This document shows, in pieces, positions 1 through 14,308 of a stretch of 64,000 nucleotides of DNA. The first letter of the stretch is position 1; every line of letters begins with the position of its first letter. Made by a program: the position numbers and the translations under genes. Below the pieces are notes generated by a model that saw nothing but the letters and a program-made list of their open reading frames with translations, did not search any database and was not told where the DNA came from. The DNA comes from Octopus vulgaris (taxonomy: Eukaryota), in NCBI GenBank assembly GCA_951406725.2, contig OX597823.1, forward strand, positions 16,244,001-16,308,000, in the 5' to 3' direction.

Positions 1-1689
1 TATAATCCTGAAAAATGAGTGTCATCACTAAAATTATTTTCTATCAATGAAATGAGAAAAATATCCAAAATTTCAGTGTACACCTGCGTATTGACTGTTG
101 AGGTAATGATTACCATTTCCCCTGGCTTTTTGCTTGACATGTCCAAAACAAAAGCTCCAGTGTCATTTCCTCGGTTGATGCACATTTGTGATTCATCTCT
201 TTCATCTAATCCTTTACTTTCAATTATTGCTTCTTTTTAGCCCTCTATAACGAGTCCCCTAACTTTTTAGACCATCGACCCCCTTCATGGAGTCCTTGAC
301 CCCCAGGCATGTACAAAAAAATGATGTGCAGTTTCCAGGCATTTATTGACCACTTTGGAGACCCCCTGCTCTAAAACCCTGTAGTTTTCATTTGTGTGCC
401 AGCACTGGGTTTTATTTTGATTTTCTGTATATAAATCTTTAACTTTTTTCTTTTTTTTATTTTGGTACAGTTTTGTCACAAATATTGTCTTCTATTTTCG
501 AGACTTATTGCTTCAGGTTTTCTATCCCGATGATTCAAGTCTGTGTAGCCTAATCTTTACATTCTCCTTTTATAATTTGCCTATTTTGTTTCTAATTGCA
601 CCAAATACTGCTGACTGATAACAACCAATGTCGCTTGCCACACTTTGTGTTAGATTTTCTTCTTGAAGGATGTTAGATTGTTTCAGTTAACTCTTTTGTT
701 TCAGAATGTGTCTCCTTTCCACTAAGCTAGGTCAATATTTTAAGGTCTTCAAGCATTCTAACTGCAGACTAATTTGCATTTTGACATTGTGCCAGTTTTT
801 TTTTTCCCTTTTTTTTTCCCCCCCTATTCAATTTTGGGGAAAAAGTAGCCTTTAATTGAAATAACATTTGTTTAAGAGATTCTTCACAAAGTCAATCTGT
901 TCAGCTATTAAACAGTTGTTTTGTCATGTGTATCACTTGTTTATTTATGAAGTAAAAACGGAAAAAAAGGAGAAAAATAACTAGTTGACTGTCTCCATGT
1001 GTAACTGTTTTACAGTTTTAATAGTTGTATCTGGATACAATGAAAGCAGTGATTTTTAGTTGTATTCTATTAATTCTATTTTAAGCTATTGAATTTGTTG
1101 AAAGGACGAATTTTCCTAAATCAAAGACTAACATACTTCATAAAATATTTTTGTCTCCCTTTATCTATAAAGAAATGTTTTACATTTTTGGGTTTTTTTT
1201 TCGCTATTTAGATTTACTTATGTATTAGTAATTGTTATTATACATTTAGATATTGTTACTTTAGGTTCTGTTTTCATTATGCATTCTGTAAAATGCATTC
1301 ATTTTGGCAGGTATCCTTTTAAACGTCATGGTTCCTCTTGTACTCTATCTTTCATTACTATCACTTATTGTTCATCATTATCATCATCAATATTGATTTA
1401 AGATCAGATTAAAACTGTAACATCTCTTCAGCACACAACAGTCAATGCATTGATAGTCAATGCTCTCTCTATAATTTAATATTGCTCATCCAATGGACTC
1501 TACTTGTTGTTCACCAAATCGTTCAGATTTTCTAAATTCATCTTAATATCACAATATATTCATCATTTAGAATTATGTTTACACAGCAGGAAACCCATTA
1601 CTTCCAAGAAAATTGATCTTGAAATTTCTTCCACCCATACAATTCTGATCTCTATATGTTGACAGTAACTCTGCTTTTACTAATGATGT

Positions 1690-1917
1690 TTAACCCTTTA
1701 GCATTCAAACCAGCCATATCTGGCCAAAATATTTAATCTGTTATATATTGAAACTGACCAGATCTCACCTTTCATCTCAGCCCAACCATGTCGTTCTAAA
1801 ACTAAAAAATCACATCACTGGAATCTCTAAACTACAAGATAATACATGATTAATTCAAACCATTTTAAATAAACAAACATCACATTTGTCAGAATAATCT
1901 GAACACTAAAGGGTTAA
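1690..1917. mobile_element. piggyBac-like MITE, family E
   Basis: TTAA|CCCTTTAG...CTAAAGGG|TTAA termini; related copies at ~12.7 kb and 52.2 kb. Confidence 0.8.
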
Positions 1918-2181
1918 ATAATGAAACTTGTCTACTGTTATCACTAAACTGTCTGGCCAGTCCACACCCTTCAGTTTAGGGCTATATGCATTACCAGCTA
2001 TTCTAGTATATGTTCTGGTTCAGTGGTAGAATGCTCTGACAATTACTATACTGAAGGTGGAAAAACTCAGTAAACTAAATCTGTCACCCAGGTTTCAATC
2101 TTCATTGAGCTATATCATTTACTTTTTCAAAAGAATGGAATGTCAAAACAGCCATTTTCTCACAGTCTGAAGTTAATGGAT

Positions 2182-2403
2182 TTACTCTTTTACTTGTTTC
2201 AGTCATCTGACTGTGGCCATGCTGGAGCACCGCCTTTAGTCGAGCAAATCGACCCCAGGACTTATTCTTTGTAAGCCTAGTACTTATTCTATTGATCTCT
2301 TTTGCTGAACTGCTAAGTTACGGGAACATAAACACACCAGCATCGGTTGTCAAGCGATGTTGGAGGGACAAACACACACACAAACATATACACACATGTA
2401 CAT

Positions 2404-2441
<38 letters not shown>

Positions 2442-2615
2442 ATGTATATACACATATATACGACAGGCATCTTTCAGTTTCCATCTACCAAATCCACTCA
2501 CAATGCTTTGGTCAGCCCGAGGCTATAGAAGACACTTGCCCAAGGTACCACGCAGTGGGGCTGAACCCGGAACCATGTGGTTGGTAAGCAAGCTACTTAC
2601 CACACAGCCCCTCCT
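2182..2615 (-). mobile_element. tRNA-derived SINE, family A
   Basis: Minus strand has A box TGGCTGTGTGGTAAG-like and B box GGTTCAGTCCC-like, a CORE-like CCTTGGGCAAGT motif, an internal (TA/TG)n tract and a GAGTAAAA-type tail; at least 6 similar copies in window. Confidence 0.9.
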
Positions 2616-3908
2616 AACTTTTCTATACTGAACTGATTTTGTACTGACTATATGTTAAGCTCTTGCTTCCCTTTTTGTTGATGCTCCCTAAAACCTTTCG
2701 GTTTAGGCATATATTTCCAAGAGTTGAATTTCTTCTGAAGTTCTACAGTTTCTAAAGGAGAATCAAATTGTTGACATTCTAAAATATTGAAGAAATCCAA
2801 TGTTGGTGTAATCCGGGTTTGGACAATCAACATTGTGTGTGTGTGTGTGTCCATCCATCCATCTTGGGTGAATTATGAACAAAGACTGGGTTAAAAAAGA
2901 TATTGATAGACTTTTAGTTTTGAATTCCTTTTGTAATTGCCTCAAGAACTAGACTAAAGGACTGTGACAATCATAGGAGATACATCTTTGTGTATTAATG
3001 CTTTTTTATAAGCTCACTACATTTCTTTAGATCATGACTTAAGTTTTCTCAAATTACTCCTTTACACATGCAGAATGCTAATCACTATATGTAACAAATA
3101 TTAGTTGTTTTGTCATAGATTACATTGTCATTTGAACACATTCTAGCATTTGTGTTGCCACATCCTAACACGCATACACACTCTATCTCCTCTTAGCTTC
3201 CTCTACCTTGTGCGACCTTTGCTATAATTTTTTGTTTTAACCACCTTCATTATTTACTCTATTAACCTGTAGTTGTTGTAAGTTTCCTGCTGTGTTATAT
3301 CTCTTCTGCTATTGTAATATTTGATAATAATGTTTCTGTAATAACCATGGGCAATATTAAATATATGACAGAAAGTCATTAACTATCCTTCAGCTTTCAA
3401 CATCTCACTACAGAGATGCATCTCACTATAGAGATGCAGATTTCTGTTATTTTCTTAATTACTGTACTTCTCTTATTCAAATTATCAATTTTGTTCTGCT
3501 CCCATTTTTCTTGTTCATCAATTTCTCAAAGCAATTTCTATTGCTAGTGTACCTAGATAATTTTGGACACTTCTTCCCAATGAAATTTTAGTCTGTTCTG
3601 GCACATTTTTTCCCAATTTTAAATAATTCATTTTTAGGATGTTGCTCATAACTCAGTTTATTACTTTCTATTTCTCATCTTGCTTTATATTTAGTGCCCT
3701 TTTTGGTTTCTACTTCTCTGCCTTTTTTCTTTCATATCTTTCAAGCTTATGTTTTGTAGTTTTTATCAGCTGCATCATTAAACTGCTTGACTGGATTTCT
3801 ACTCTGACCATGAAATCTGTCAGTAGTTTACTGAAGAGTGTCAGGAAAGCCAGTTGCCTTCTCCACTTAGGAAGTTTTTTTGTATTCCCTATTATGTTTT
3901 TATTTGCA

Positions 3909-4083
3909 TGGCCGTTGCCAGTACCACCAAACTGGCCCTCATGCCGGTGGCACGTAAAACCACCCACTACACTCTCGGAGTGGTTGGCGTTAGGAAGGGC
4001 ATCCAGCCATATGGTTCGCCAGACCTCAGTCAAATCGTCTAACCCATGCTAGCATGGAAAGCGGACGTTAAATGATGATGATG
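3909..4083 (+). mobile_element. RTE-LINE 3'-end-derived repeat, family C (internally deleted)
   Basis: GGTGGCACGTAAAA module, GGAAGGGCATCCAGC, CCCATGCTAGCATGG hairpin, (GAT)n tail. Confidence 0.85.
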
Positions 4084-6856
4084 TGTGAAATCAGTTTTTA
4101 CAGAAGCATCTTTCAGCTTAACTTCTTTGTTTTTGTTAAAGGTTTTTGTTTTACCTTCACTACTTCTATCCAGCCTTATTTTTACCTGTCTTTTGAGAAA
4201 TTACATTTGTCTACTGGGATGGATTTTGGATTCATTACCGTTTTATCAAAGTTTATATTGCAGGTATTTATAATTCAGTTGTGAGAATAGAGCTTACAGT
4301 ATCTCTCTACCTCAACTTTTATTAAAGTTTTCTGCACTCTTTTGTATAGTTATTTTGTTTTTGTTTTTTAGAAATATTTTCTATATCTTCTGCCTTCTCA
4401 TTCTTCAAGTATTTAATTTGGAATTTGGAGGAATGGATTTTAATCAAAAAGCTAAATATAATACAACTGTGATACTTGTTAGCAGGATTTATCCAATCCC
4501 AGTAGTACCAGAGAATTGATTTTTTTTTTGTAATACAGTGTTTTCTATGGTATATAAATTAGTACACAGCATAGATAATCATTTGGAAGAAAAAAATACT
4601 TATAAACAATCTTCTGATGAATATTTCCCATTAATTACCTCTTATATTGGCATATTCCTCTTTGTAAGTGATATTACCCTTCACTTCTTAGTTTGCATGC
4701 TGTTCAGCCACCCAAAAATTTAAAACCCCATTCAACTGTTCCAAAATGTACTACTCATTGGTAAAACAGACCCATGACACCACATCCAGTGCCAGTTTAA
4801 CTAGTAACAAGAGTAGCATATAATACTACAGGCCTTGCATTTTCAGAGACACAAGGCAAACTGCTTTATTATTATAGTAATATACTACCGTCATCTCTTA
4901 TGCCTGACTGGGTGTTTAAGTTTGGTTCAAAACACTTTAAATTAAACAAATTACAAGAATTAAATCGAATGGCTACAGTAAATGGGCAGGCTTACTTCAT
5001 TTTCATCATACACCATTAATAGACTTGCCGTTCTATTTCTCTTATGCATTACACTCACCATAAGATAACTGAATCTAGTCAGATTATTACTAATATATTA
5101 TAGACACCATAATACTAACCATCCCTCTTAAATTGAGAATGTTAAGCAAGTAGGAAACCTGTAGAGTTTCTATTTTAACTGTAAGCCAAACTATAATGAA
5201 TTTAAATTAACTTGGTCACATTTTCATTGTCAAACCAGAAAAACCAATTAAGGTGTATACCTGGAGAAAAACTTGAAGTTACATGTAGCATTTACAGTTT
5301 GTATTTTTTAAGTTTGGTTTAAAACATAGTTGGAGTTTATAGACGAAGTGTCCACCCATTCAGATTCGCCACATAACCTATTGCAACTAAGCTGTTATCT
5401 TCCAAGGTTAACCTTCTGAATGTCTCAAGCATGTTGGCTTGTAGGCAATAGAATAATGGATTTTTTTTAGTTACTCTCTCTCTCTCTTACTCTACTAAAT
5501 GATCTGTATAAATTGATCCTTCAGATATGTAGTTAAATCTATGAAAATAATAATTTGATGAAATAACTAGTTTATAATTTAGGCCCCCTTATAATGTGTT
5601 ACAAACCTTACACTAACTTAATCCAGCTCTGCTACTTCTTCACCTCACACTTAAAACTGTCACATACTCTATAATTGCTAGACTTTACTGTCATTTGAGA
5701 TTTCAAGTATACCAAATAAACTTTCCTGGGTTAGAAATGCTTCAGCTCTGAATAGTCATTGATTCTATACAAGGTAAAATTATGCCTCTTGCTCATGAAA
5801 CCTTTACACAGATTTTATAGATTTTTATGCTACTTACATAAAAAAAAGTGATCAACCTACTCTCTCTGCACCTACCTATTCTTTCTCTCTCTCTTAATAC
5901 TACTACCGTTTCACTCTCCCAGATTCTGCAGTAAACATTTTATCCAAACCCTTAATCATTCTGAAATTTTCTCATTGCTCAAGTTGTTCCCATCAAATAC
6001 TAGCCTACAGAAGTTCAAACTGAATTGTTGCATCTTTACCAATCTACTTCACCCTCCACTCTAGGAAAAATCCTTGCTAGGGTTCTGAACACTGCCTTCT
6101 GCTTTAGTCTAATAGAAAAATATTACAATACAATGTTGCTGCCTTTAAAAGTCTATTTAAATTTCATCCATTTTGAGTATAAAAGTGAGGGGGTGTTTGT
6201 CTGTGTGAATAGGGACTGTATTTAACATTTGTTTTTCTCTCCCCATTTTTCCTCGTTAGTTAGTTGCCTTACCTCAATGTTGCCAACACTCTACCATATA
6301 AATGGCAGACCTCTTTATATAACTTTTTTTTTTAAATTTAAAATGTCAATCTTATTAAAACTATTTTGTGAGCTATATAAATTTTTTTTCTTGTTGGGGT
6401 GGGGGTAAGTTGGTTGATGTATAAAATAATCTGTTTAGAGATAGATACTAGTTAATTTTTTTCACCCAGTCATTTGTAGTTAATATTCTTAAACTTATTT
6501 TATTTTCAAATTAAATGCTTTAAACTGTTCCTATTTATTGCAAACTTTTAAATAACAGCAATCAAGATAGAAATATATCAAAGGCTGATGCAATTAAGTT
6601 ATAGATAACTGTAGAAAACAACTGTTAGTCTGTTTAAAATGATTGTGTTGAGGATGTATTATTTTCTAATTCATTTATATCGCCTTATGTTAATTTGTTC
6701 ATATTGTCTTACGTTAACCATGTTAGAAGATAGTTATTTGTAATGCAACTTAGAATGGATTTACTCATAACAAATATGCTTGTATCTTCATTACACATTT
6801 CCTTTTCACTGCCATGGCCTCAGCAGTCTGTATGCTTCACTATATTTCTTAAATGG

Positions 6857-7084
6857 GGCGGCGAGCTGGCAGAAACGTTAACGCTGGGCGAAATGCTTAG
6901 AGGTATTTCATCTGTCGTTACGTTCTTAGTTCAAATTCTGCCAAGGTTGACTTTGTCTTTCATCCTCTTGGGGTCGATAAATAAAGTACCAGTTTCGCAC
7001 TGGGTCGATATAATCGACTTAATCCCTTTGTCTGTCCTTGTTTGTCCCCTCTATGTTTAGCCTGTTGTGCGTAGTAAAGAAATA
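6857..7084 (+). mobile_element. tRNA-derived SINE, family B (Deu/Nin-domain-like)
   Basis: 16-bp TSD TATATTTCTTAAATGG (6841-6856 / 7085-7100); B-box-like GTTCAAATTC; TTTCATCC...GGTCGATAAA..AAGTACC central motif. Confidence 0.9.
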
Positions 7085-8529
7085 TATATTTCTTAAATGG
7101 TTCATCATTTTTTATCCTCTCTTTTTGTCTCTTTGCATAAGTCAAAACAAAAATGAATGGTAACTGGCTATTTTTTTAATTTTCTTTTATTACAGTTAAA
7201 AGGAAACTGATACTCTTTCCTAAATGCTCTTTGAATTCATTCAAACTTACTCAGAATTTTCTAGCTTATCCATGTGATTATATTCATCCTGTTTGCGTGT
7301 GGGTTTCTCTGGTGGACAATATTACATTCTAAAACCTGCAGTTTGTGAAAGTCAGCTTAAGGAATTAAAATAGTTAGCCTTTATAAGAGAACTGGGTTAT
7401 GTATCAGCTCAAGAATTTTGTGCTAGAAAAATTAAGATAAAGCAGTTGATTTCTTCACTCAAGAATATTTGCACTTTGCTTTATCTATTGAGATACAGAT
7501 ATTGTCTACAGGATTTTAAATGGCACTCATTCTTTTTTGCTGCATGTAAAATGTTTCTATCTTCAGTTTAGCCCTCTTTTTGAAAAAGTTCATTCTCACA
7601 TAGTCTATAATCACATAAACTTATTTTGCATTTGAAATATTATAAAACTTGTATTGTCTAAAGTTTCGTCTATTGTCACAGTAACCCCTTTCAAAATATT
7701 TCATTTCTTCTATCCTGCTCCATTGATGCAATAATGGATTGCTTGTAAACCATTTGTAGTGATATTAAAGTGTGTAATAAAGAGTCAGAAATAAGCCAAG
7801 TAATCTTAAGACAATCAAGATATTGATGTCAGTCCTTGGAGAGAAGTTCATGGTGGAAAAACAAACTTTATGTTAAAGCGGTTCAAGGGGATGATCTATT
7901 ACTTATATCTATGATGTATTTTATGTTTTGCATTTTGTGAACAATAGCATCGTTGGTTTATAGATTGCCAGGAAGACATTTTCAATGGTGAGAAAGATGA
8001 GGAAGCATCTGTGCAACTTGGGTGGAGCAAATATCAGAAGGTATTTCTGTTCAGAAGTACATGCTTATTGGCTTCATGTTGATATTCATCAGTGAAAGAT
8101 GCAAATATACCTATATGACAGGCCTTTGCACACTTTGTCATCTCCCAAATATCACTTAACATGTTAGTCAGTCTGATGCTAAAAGCTAAGAAGTCCCAAG
8201 TTTTGCCTTTTAGCCAAACTGCTGTAAATATTCTATGGTTTACTGTTTAACAACAGATAATACTTTACACCTGCAAGGTTTCTTGGAGACATTTACCTGT
8301 GATGGAACAACATTCAACAACAATCATCTCTGAGTTCTATTAAAATCATGCAGCCATTCCATCAAAAGTTATTTAGAGACTCATTTTTCTCTTAGCATCA
8401 TTCCAGCAATTTACCAATATTTTCAACATATTGGATCTCATCTCTGCACATTTCTCGGTGTTTTTATGTTGACCAGTGTTTTACTTTTTATACTTCATGT
8501 GCCAAACCTATAGATTTTGATCTTCAATC

Positions 8530-9200
8530 TCTATCTTCTTCTCGACCCCACACAACTTCACGCATTGGGTCAGTCTTTTAGAAAGCAGCTGACTTGACCA
8601 ACTATTTTCTCTGTCTTCCTTGATTTCTTCTGCCTTTCAGTCTCCTTATCACTAAAGTGCTCGAGGTTTTTTTCTTTTCATATGATAACCAAAACCTGTC
8701 ACCTACTTACGTTAAGTTTTTTTGATGGTCTTTGTTTGTCTGAGGACTTTGATGTTTCTACTTCAGCAATCATCTTAGGAACCACATCTCTGGTATTGAT
8801 AAGCTTTGGTACTTGCTTACTGATGTCCAGGTCACACAACCATATGTAAGGACAGCCACTATGTATACTCCTAAGACTTTTTTTTTCCTCTTATTGATAG
8901 CCATTAACTTAACAATGTATGTTTGATCTCACCAATTCCAGTTTTGGCCTGCCCAATCCTTGACTCCATTTCTTTTTGTAGCATGTAAAGTGTTTCTACC
9001 TTCTTTAGTGAAGCCTTCTCACAGTAGAAAGTAATGTTTTAGCTATCTGATGTAATGATGGTTCCCATATATTTAAAACTATCAACTTGTCTCAAAGTTG
9101 TTCCATTAAACTCTTATGCTTCAAATTGATGGTACTTTCTTCGAGATAATTTCATCCCCATTTTAGCCTTCATATTTTGCTGTTAACACTTAAACCCATC
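8530..9200 (-). pseudogene. Highly degenerate RTE-like LINE RT C-terminal relic
   Basis: Minus-strand SFKYMG (YLG-box-like) near 9062-9080 with decayed flanking coding-like sequence; no long ORF; boundaries approximate. Confidence 0.4.
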
Positions 9201-9516
9201 TTTTACTCTCATTAATAATACTAGCTAATGTTTGTAGGCTGTAACTGTCTGCTGTTGCTTAGGATTAAACAAGCCCTATGCAGCAGGTCATATGAGTTCT
9301 ATATGTAACCTTTGGAGAGAAGGAGACCAGCAAAATAAGCTGCAAATAAACCAACAGAATGCAATGGGGAAACTACTGCTTTGTCTTCTCCAAGAAAATC
9401 CATGTCTTCGGACTTATACAGCCACATAAAATATTATGCTAGCACAAAAAAAAAAAAATTATGATTATATTTTTAAAAAACTTTTTTCAATAGAAATTAA
9501 CTCTTACTGATAACAT

Positions 9517-9721
9517 TTTACCCTTTTCATGCCAATCTATATGGGATTAGCTGTTTTATCATTTTCACGATTAAATTACCTCTTTCCATTACATTTTCAC
9601 CAGAACCTATTAACTTACAAACGCTATATTAATTTTGTACAAGTTATTTTACTATTCAAATTCTTCGCGATTTTTCAAAATTGTTTGAAACATACTAGAT
9701 ATATGGTCACTGAAGGGTTAA
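9517..9721. mobile_element. Probable piggyBac-like MITE (third family)
   Basis: TTTA|CCCTTT...GAAGGG|TTAA imperfect termini, ~200 bp; single copy in window. Confidence 0.45.
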
Positions 9722-11296
9722 ATTTACTGAGAGAAGTTGTAATTTGGGTTTCATTGTCAAAACCTCTTTTAACAGGTTACTTACATAGCAGATGACAAAC
9801 ATAGGTGACACAACTAAGTGAACTAGTGATATGTATTTCATATACACTAAGTAATTTTCAATAAGTTAGATTGTTAAATAAAATTATGGTCAAGGTAACA
9901 TAAGTGTTGATTTCTTCTCCCACCTGAAGATGTTTAATTTATCTATTTTATTCTACTTATTTTAGTGTATGGCTGAATCATTTGAATATAAGTATTCTTC
10001 TTAGTTTCTTTTTACATCTGCATCTGTCACAAAATACTGGTTTTGATCCTTTTCTCTCTTGGTAAGAGAAGTCCATTGTAGGTTTTAGCAGTGGAGTCGA
10101 TTTGCACTGAAAATTTCTTGCTAACAAAGTACTTGGCAATTACATAATGCTCCTGCTACACAGCATCAACATTCTGTACCTCCCCGGGGTAACCATTTGC
10201 ATTGAATTGGACCATTGTGAGTTCAGAGACATAGTACAGCATCAGTATGAACCATCAATCCATCAGCAATTGTTTCTTTGTTTCATTATTATCATTATTA
10301 TTTGTATGTTTGGCTTCTTATATTTTTTTCCCCTACTTGCTTGGGCATGTGAAAAAAAAAACAGATGTTAGTATTTTGTATTACATTTTAAATAGTTTTT
10401 TTGGTTTTTTTTCTCTTGTCCATACTTTCATCTTGGGAGAAATATTCTATTTATACAATATTCCAATTTTATTTTCACACAAAAGTGTTTGACTTTCATA
10501 AATGTCACCTGATGCAAAGTTAAATTTTTATAGCAACTATCCTCAGCAAAAGGTCACATGTTTTTAGTCTTATGAAACTAGCATTATCTGACATTTCTCA
10601 CACATGTATGCAATCATAAAGGAATATCATTTAAGCCTATAGTTTTAATTGATCCATCAATTGCATCTTGTTCTTTTCAACGTTCGATAAACATTTGTAT
10701 CTTAAAAGAACAAGGAAGTACAAAAACTTAGTATATTAGGCATTCTTAATAAGTTCTGGTTTCAAAGCAATGTCAAAGTCCAGGGTGTTTGATTTGGTGT
10801 TTCTGACATTTTAGTAGAATGTCCTGCGTTCAGAAAAGCAACTGACTAGTAGTAATGGGGCATTTTACTAAATTTTCTAAATAGCCAGGTGTGGTGTTTA
10901 TAAATATACAAATGTGAATTGACTGGCTTGTGGTTAATAGTGACAAGATGAAAAGGTAAGGTAAAAGAAAACGTATAGAACAAAGCTGACATAAAACTTC
11001 ATTATTATTATTATTATTGGATGGTAGATAGTAGCAGTTGAACTTGTGGTATTTACTTATGTACTTTCAAGGTCAAGTTTATTTTCATCCTCTTGGGATC
11101 AGCTAAGTACAGGAAGTCGATATAATTGAATATACACTCCACTGAAATTTCGAGTTTTGCGCTTAAGTTAGAAATCATCATCATTATTATTAACACCGAA
11201 TGGTAGAATCAGTAGGGGGCCCTGTGAAATGTTTTGCACTATCAAGTTAATGTCCCTTTACATTTTGACTTGTGATCCAGTCAGTTGACTTTGTCT

Positions 11297-11685
11297 TACT
11301 CTCTCTTTTACTTGTTTCAGTCATTTGACTGCGGCCATGCTGGAGCACCGCCTTTAGTCGAGCAAATCGACCCCAGGACTTATTCTTTTGTAAGCTCAGT
11401 ACTTATTCTATCGGTCTCTTTTTGCCGTGACGGGGACGTAAACACACCAGCATCGGTTGTCAAGCAATGCTGGGGGACAGACACACAAACACATACACAC
11501 ACATACATATATACATATATACGACAGGCTTCTTTCTGTTTCTGTCTACCAAATCCACTCACAAGGCATTGGTCGGCCCGGGGCTATAGCAGAAGACACT
11601 TGCCCAAGATGCCACGCAGTGGGACTGAACCTGGAACCATGTGGTTGGTTAGCAAGCTACTTACCACACAGCCACTCCTGCGCCT
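11297..11685 (-). mobile_element. SINE family A, full length
   Basis: Complete head (AGGCGCAGGAGTGGCTGTGTGG on minus) to tail; interrupts an older family-B remnant. Confidence 0.9.
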
Positions 11686-11782
11686 ATGAGTGTCTTGTTG
11701 ATAAATGAGTACTAATCAAGTCCTAGGAATGAGTATTGCATCTATTGTGAAGCTGTGTCAATGTAAGAAATCATTTTCATTA

Positions 11783-12130
11783 AGGTGGCAAACTGGCAGA
11801 ATTGTGTGTCAAACCCTTAGCAGCACTTCTTCCAGCTCTTAATGTCATGAGTTCAAATACCATTAAGGTCACTCCAATATTTTGGGGGTTGATAAAGGAT
11901 TGAACAAGTACTGGGGTTGATGTAACTGACTAACCTCTCCTTCATTAAAATTGCAGGCCTTGTGCCGAAATTAAAAAGAATTTTTAGTGAATCAGCTGAA
12001 ATGCTTTGCAGTATTTTTCCAGCTCGCTCAGAAATGATAATGTACCAGTCAAGTACTGGGGTTGATGGTATCAACTAACCCTTCCTCTCAAAATTTCTGG
12101 TCTTGTGTCTGAATTAAAAACAAAATTTTA
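11783..12130 (+). mobile_element. Tandem degenerate family-B-like SINE remnants
   Basis: GGTGGCAAACTGGCAGAA head, GAGTTCAAAT, repeated AAGTACTGGGGTTGATG motif (two copies). Confidence 0.6.
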
Positions 12131-12711
12131 GCACAGTAATATTGCTGAAGACTAAATTTTTTTTTCATTTTTTAGATGATCTTTCTGACTATAATATCTG
12201 TTAATTCTTCAAGTTTTCATTTAACTAATGTTAGACTTTGTAAGATGGAAAGAAAAAAAAAATGCTTCCTTGTGCCTGATTAAAGATGCATCAACCAATA
12301 AAGACCTAGGGTTAATAAAGGAATAAAATCTATGTTGTGGAAACTGAAAATACTGCAGATTAAAATGTTAAAACTATTTAAATAATAATCAGTAATAACA
12401 TTTTCTCTAAAACAATAGTTAAGCAGCTAATTATAAAGCCATCATTATGGGTTGGCTAGGTTCACCATATAGCATATTGTCTTGTCACCTCTTATGTGTA
12501 TCCTAATATCATGAGATCTAATTTCATTTCTTTTGTCTTTCTCTTTCTTTGGTATCTTCCATCGACATATGACATCTTTTTTTTACCCAGCACCCATTAA
12601 CTTTAAATATCACATGTGTATAACAAGTGAGGTTGCCTCGTGTGACTGATGCCTTTAACGTCTAGCTACTCTCTTGTGCTTAACTTCTCATTCAAATTAA
12701 CAGCACATTCA

Positions 12712-12929
12712 ACATTTAAACCGGCCATATCCGGCCAAAAGTATTCTGCCTGTTTTATGTTCAAACTGGACAGAACTGGTCTCTCACACCAACCCTACAA
12801 TATTGTTTTAGAAATTAACAGCTACCTCATTGAAATCTCATAGCTACAAGATAATGCATGATTAGCTCAAAACAAAGTGGATGAAGAAGCATTAATTTTG
12901 GCAGAATAATGCGAACACTAAAGGGTTAA
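12712..12929. mobile_element. piggyBac-like MITE, family E (left end damaged)
   Basis: Colinear with 1690-1917; ends ACACTAAAGGG|TTAA. Confidence 0.75.
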
Positions 12930-13299
12930 TGTCATATCTGCTGTATTATTCTCCATCCTCTTCTATTCAGTGTCCATCAACTCACCACCTTGCATTTAAC
13001 TTTTACGCAAAGAGAATAACCCACAGTTGCTTCTTTCCTCTTCTTCATTACTCTGGCTATTATACTTTTGTTACATCCTCTTCCTGTTGGAATTAGTTTA
13101 AGTCCACTGTAACTACCTCTCTCCAATGCTTCTCATTTGTTCTTGCAACAGTTGATCATGATACTGCTATAACAAACCATTTTAGCAGTTCATAAACTTC
13201 GTTTTATTATTGTTCTTACTGTTAAATGCTTCTAGTGCATCTAACACTTTGGAAGTCCAGATTCTCTGTCAGCCTGCTAGAAATCTTGTTGCATCTTTT

Positions 13300-13830
13300 C
13301 TGTATTCGTTATTTGCAATGATTACACAGCATGAGTTTCTATATGAAGCAAGGCTTCGTGTGGAAGTCTTCCTGGATAACCCTGGGATGAACTAGCATTG
13401 TAGTCCTTAACCTGTTGACCTTTGAATCCCAGACCATGCTTTCAGGTTTTAAGCATTCGTCTGTAGTTGTGACAGATTCAACTTTGAGAATTTAGTCTTC
13501 AGTGTGTAAATGTTTCCAAAGATAAATACTTGTATTATTAAGGGCCACAATGAATGAAGGGGTGGTGAAAATGGTGGACATTAGTACACTCAATTCCTCC
13601 TCAAATGATTGACATGGCAAACAGTGTCCTTATACTAAACTTTGCGCAGCTCTTGCAAGTCACTTGTCTATGCTTAGTTTTCTTAGTACCAGAGCACAGA
13701 GGGAGGGATTCTATCAAAGCCTTCTTCAGATCAACAAATGCAAGATAGTGTGGTTCATTCTCATTTGAGAGCTTTACTTTTTGTTTGTTTCACTAGTAAA
13801 ATGCCATAGTTCCACACTTTGATGTGCTTC
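13300..13830 (-). pseudogene. Degenerate non-LTR retrotransposon RT fragment
   Basis: Minus-strand AFVDLKKA(F)D motif with a 1-nt frameshift at ~13711-13741; boundaries approximate. Confidence 0.55.
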
Positions 13831-13841
13831 AAAACTTCATC

Positions 13842-14071
13842 TTAACTCTTTTGTTACTGTATTTATTTTGAGATTCTCTGTATTTCTTTCAATTAATTTT
13901 AAATATAACAAAGAATTTAGTAAAATAACTTAGTTATCATTAAGCTAGTGTTAGGAACATAAATTGTGACTAAGGTTTGGTGGAAGATTTTAATCCAAAA
14001 CTTATGAAAACAAGACATTTGTACTACAGAGCCAGAGCTGGTTTTGGCTGGGTTGGTAACGAAAGGGTTAA
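13842..14071. mobile_element. piggyBac-like MITE, family D
   Basis: TTAA-flanked, TIR ~CCCTTTCGTTAC; near-identical copies at 30.0 kb and inverted at 50.2 kb. Confidence 0.85.
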
Positions 14072-14308
14072 CTCTATTCTAAATGAACTTTGATTACATT
14101 TTCGTTGCTACTTTTCAGATTTGGTTCATCATTTGGAGTCTGCTGTAATTGTCTCTATCTTGTACATCTCTATTGTTCTTGTGACTATTAATGATGAAAC
14201 AATCATTGGCTACACTCTATTAAAGCTAATCTTCATTTTCTGACTCCTGCTGCTTTGATTTAGGTTGATCTCTGCAAATGTTTTATATGATGGTATATTC
14301 ATGTAAAA

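Noticed and set aside
240-372. hAT-type MITE end (GGAGACCCCCTGCTCTA); similar at ~18820-18920
   Set aside because: Only one terminus is recognisable and there is no TSD, so it is not listed as a feature.
2292-2631. Recurring ORFs such as YQIHSQ...EDTCPRCHAVGLNPEPCGW (also 11.4, 37.0, 45.4, 46.2 kb)
   Set aside because: These are antisense translations of SINE A copies, not a gene family.
7962-8045. Possible ARIH1 exon (AG...AAG|GTATTT, acidic DCQEDIFNGEKDEEAS...GWSKY)
   Set aside because: No similarity to the ARIH1 N-terminus; it looks more like a decayed RTE segment (GW.KF-like motif).
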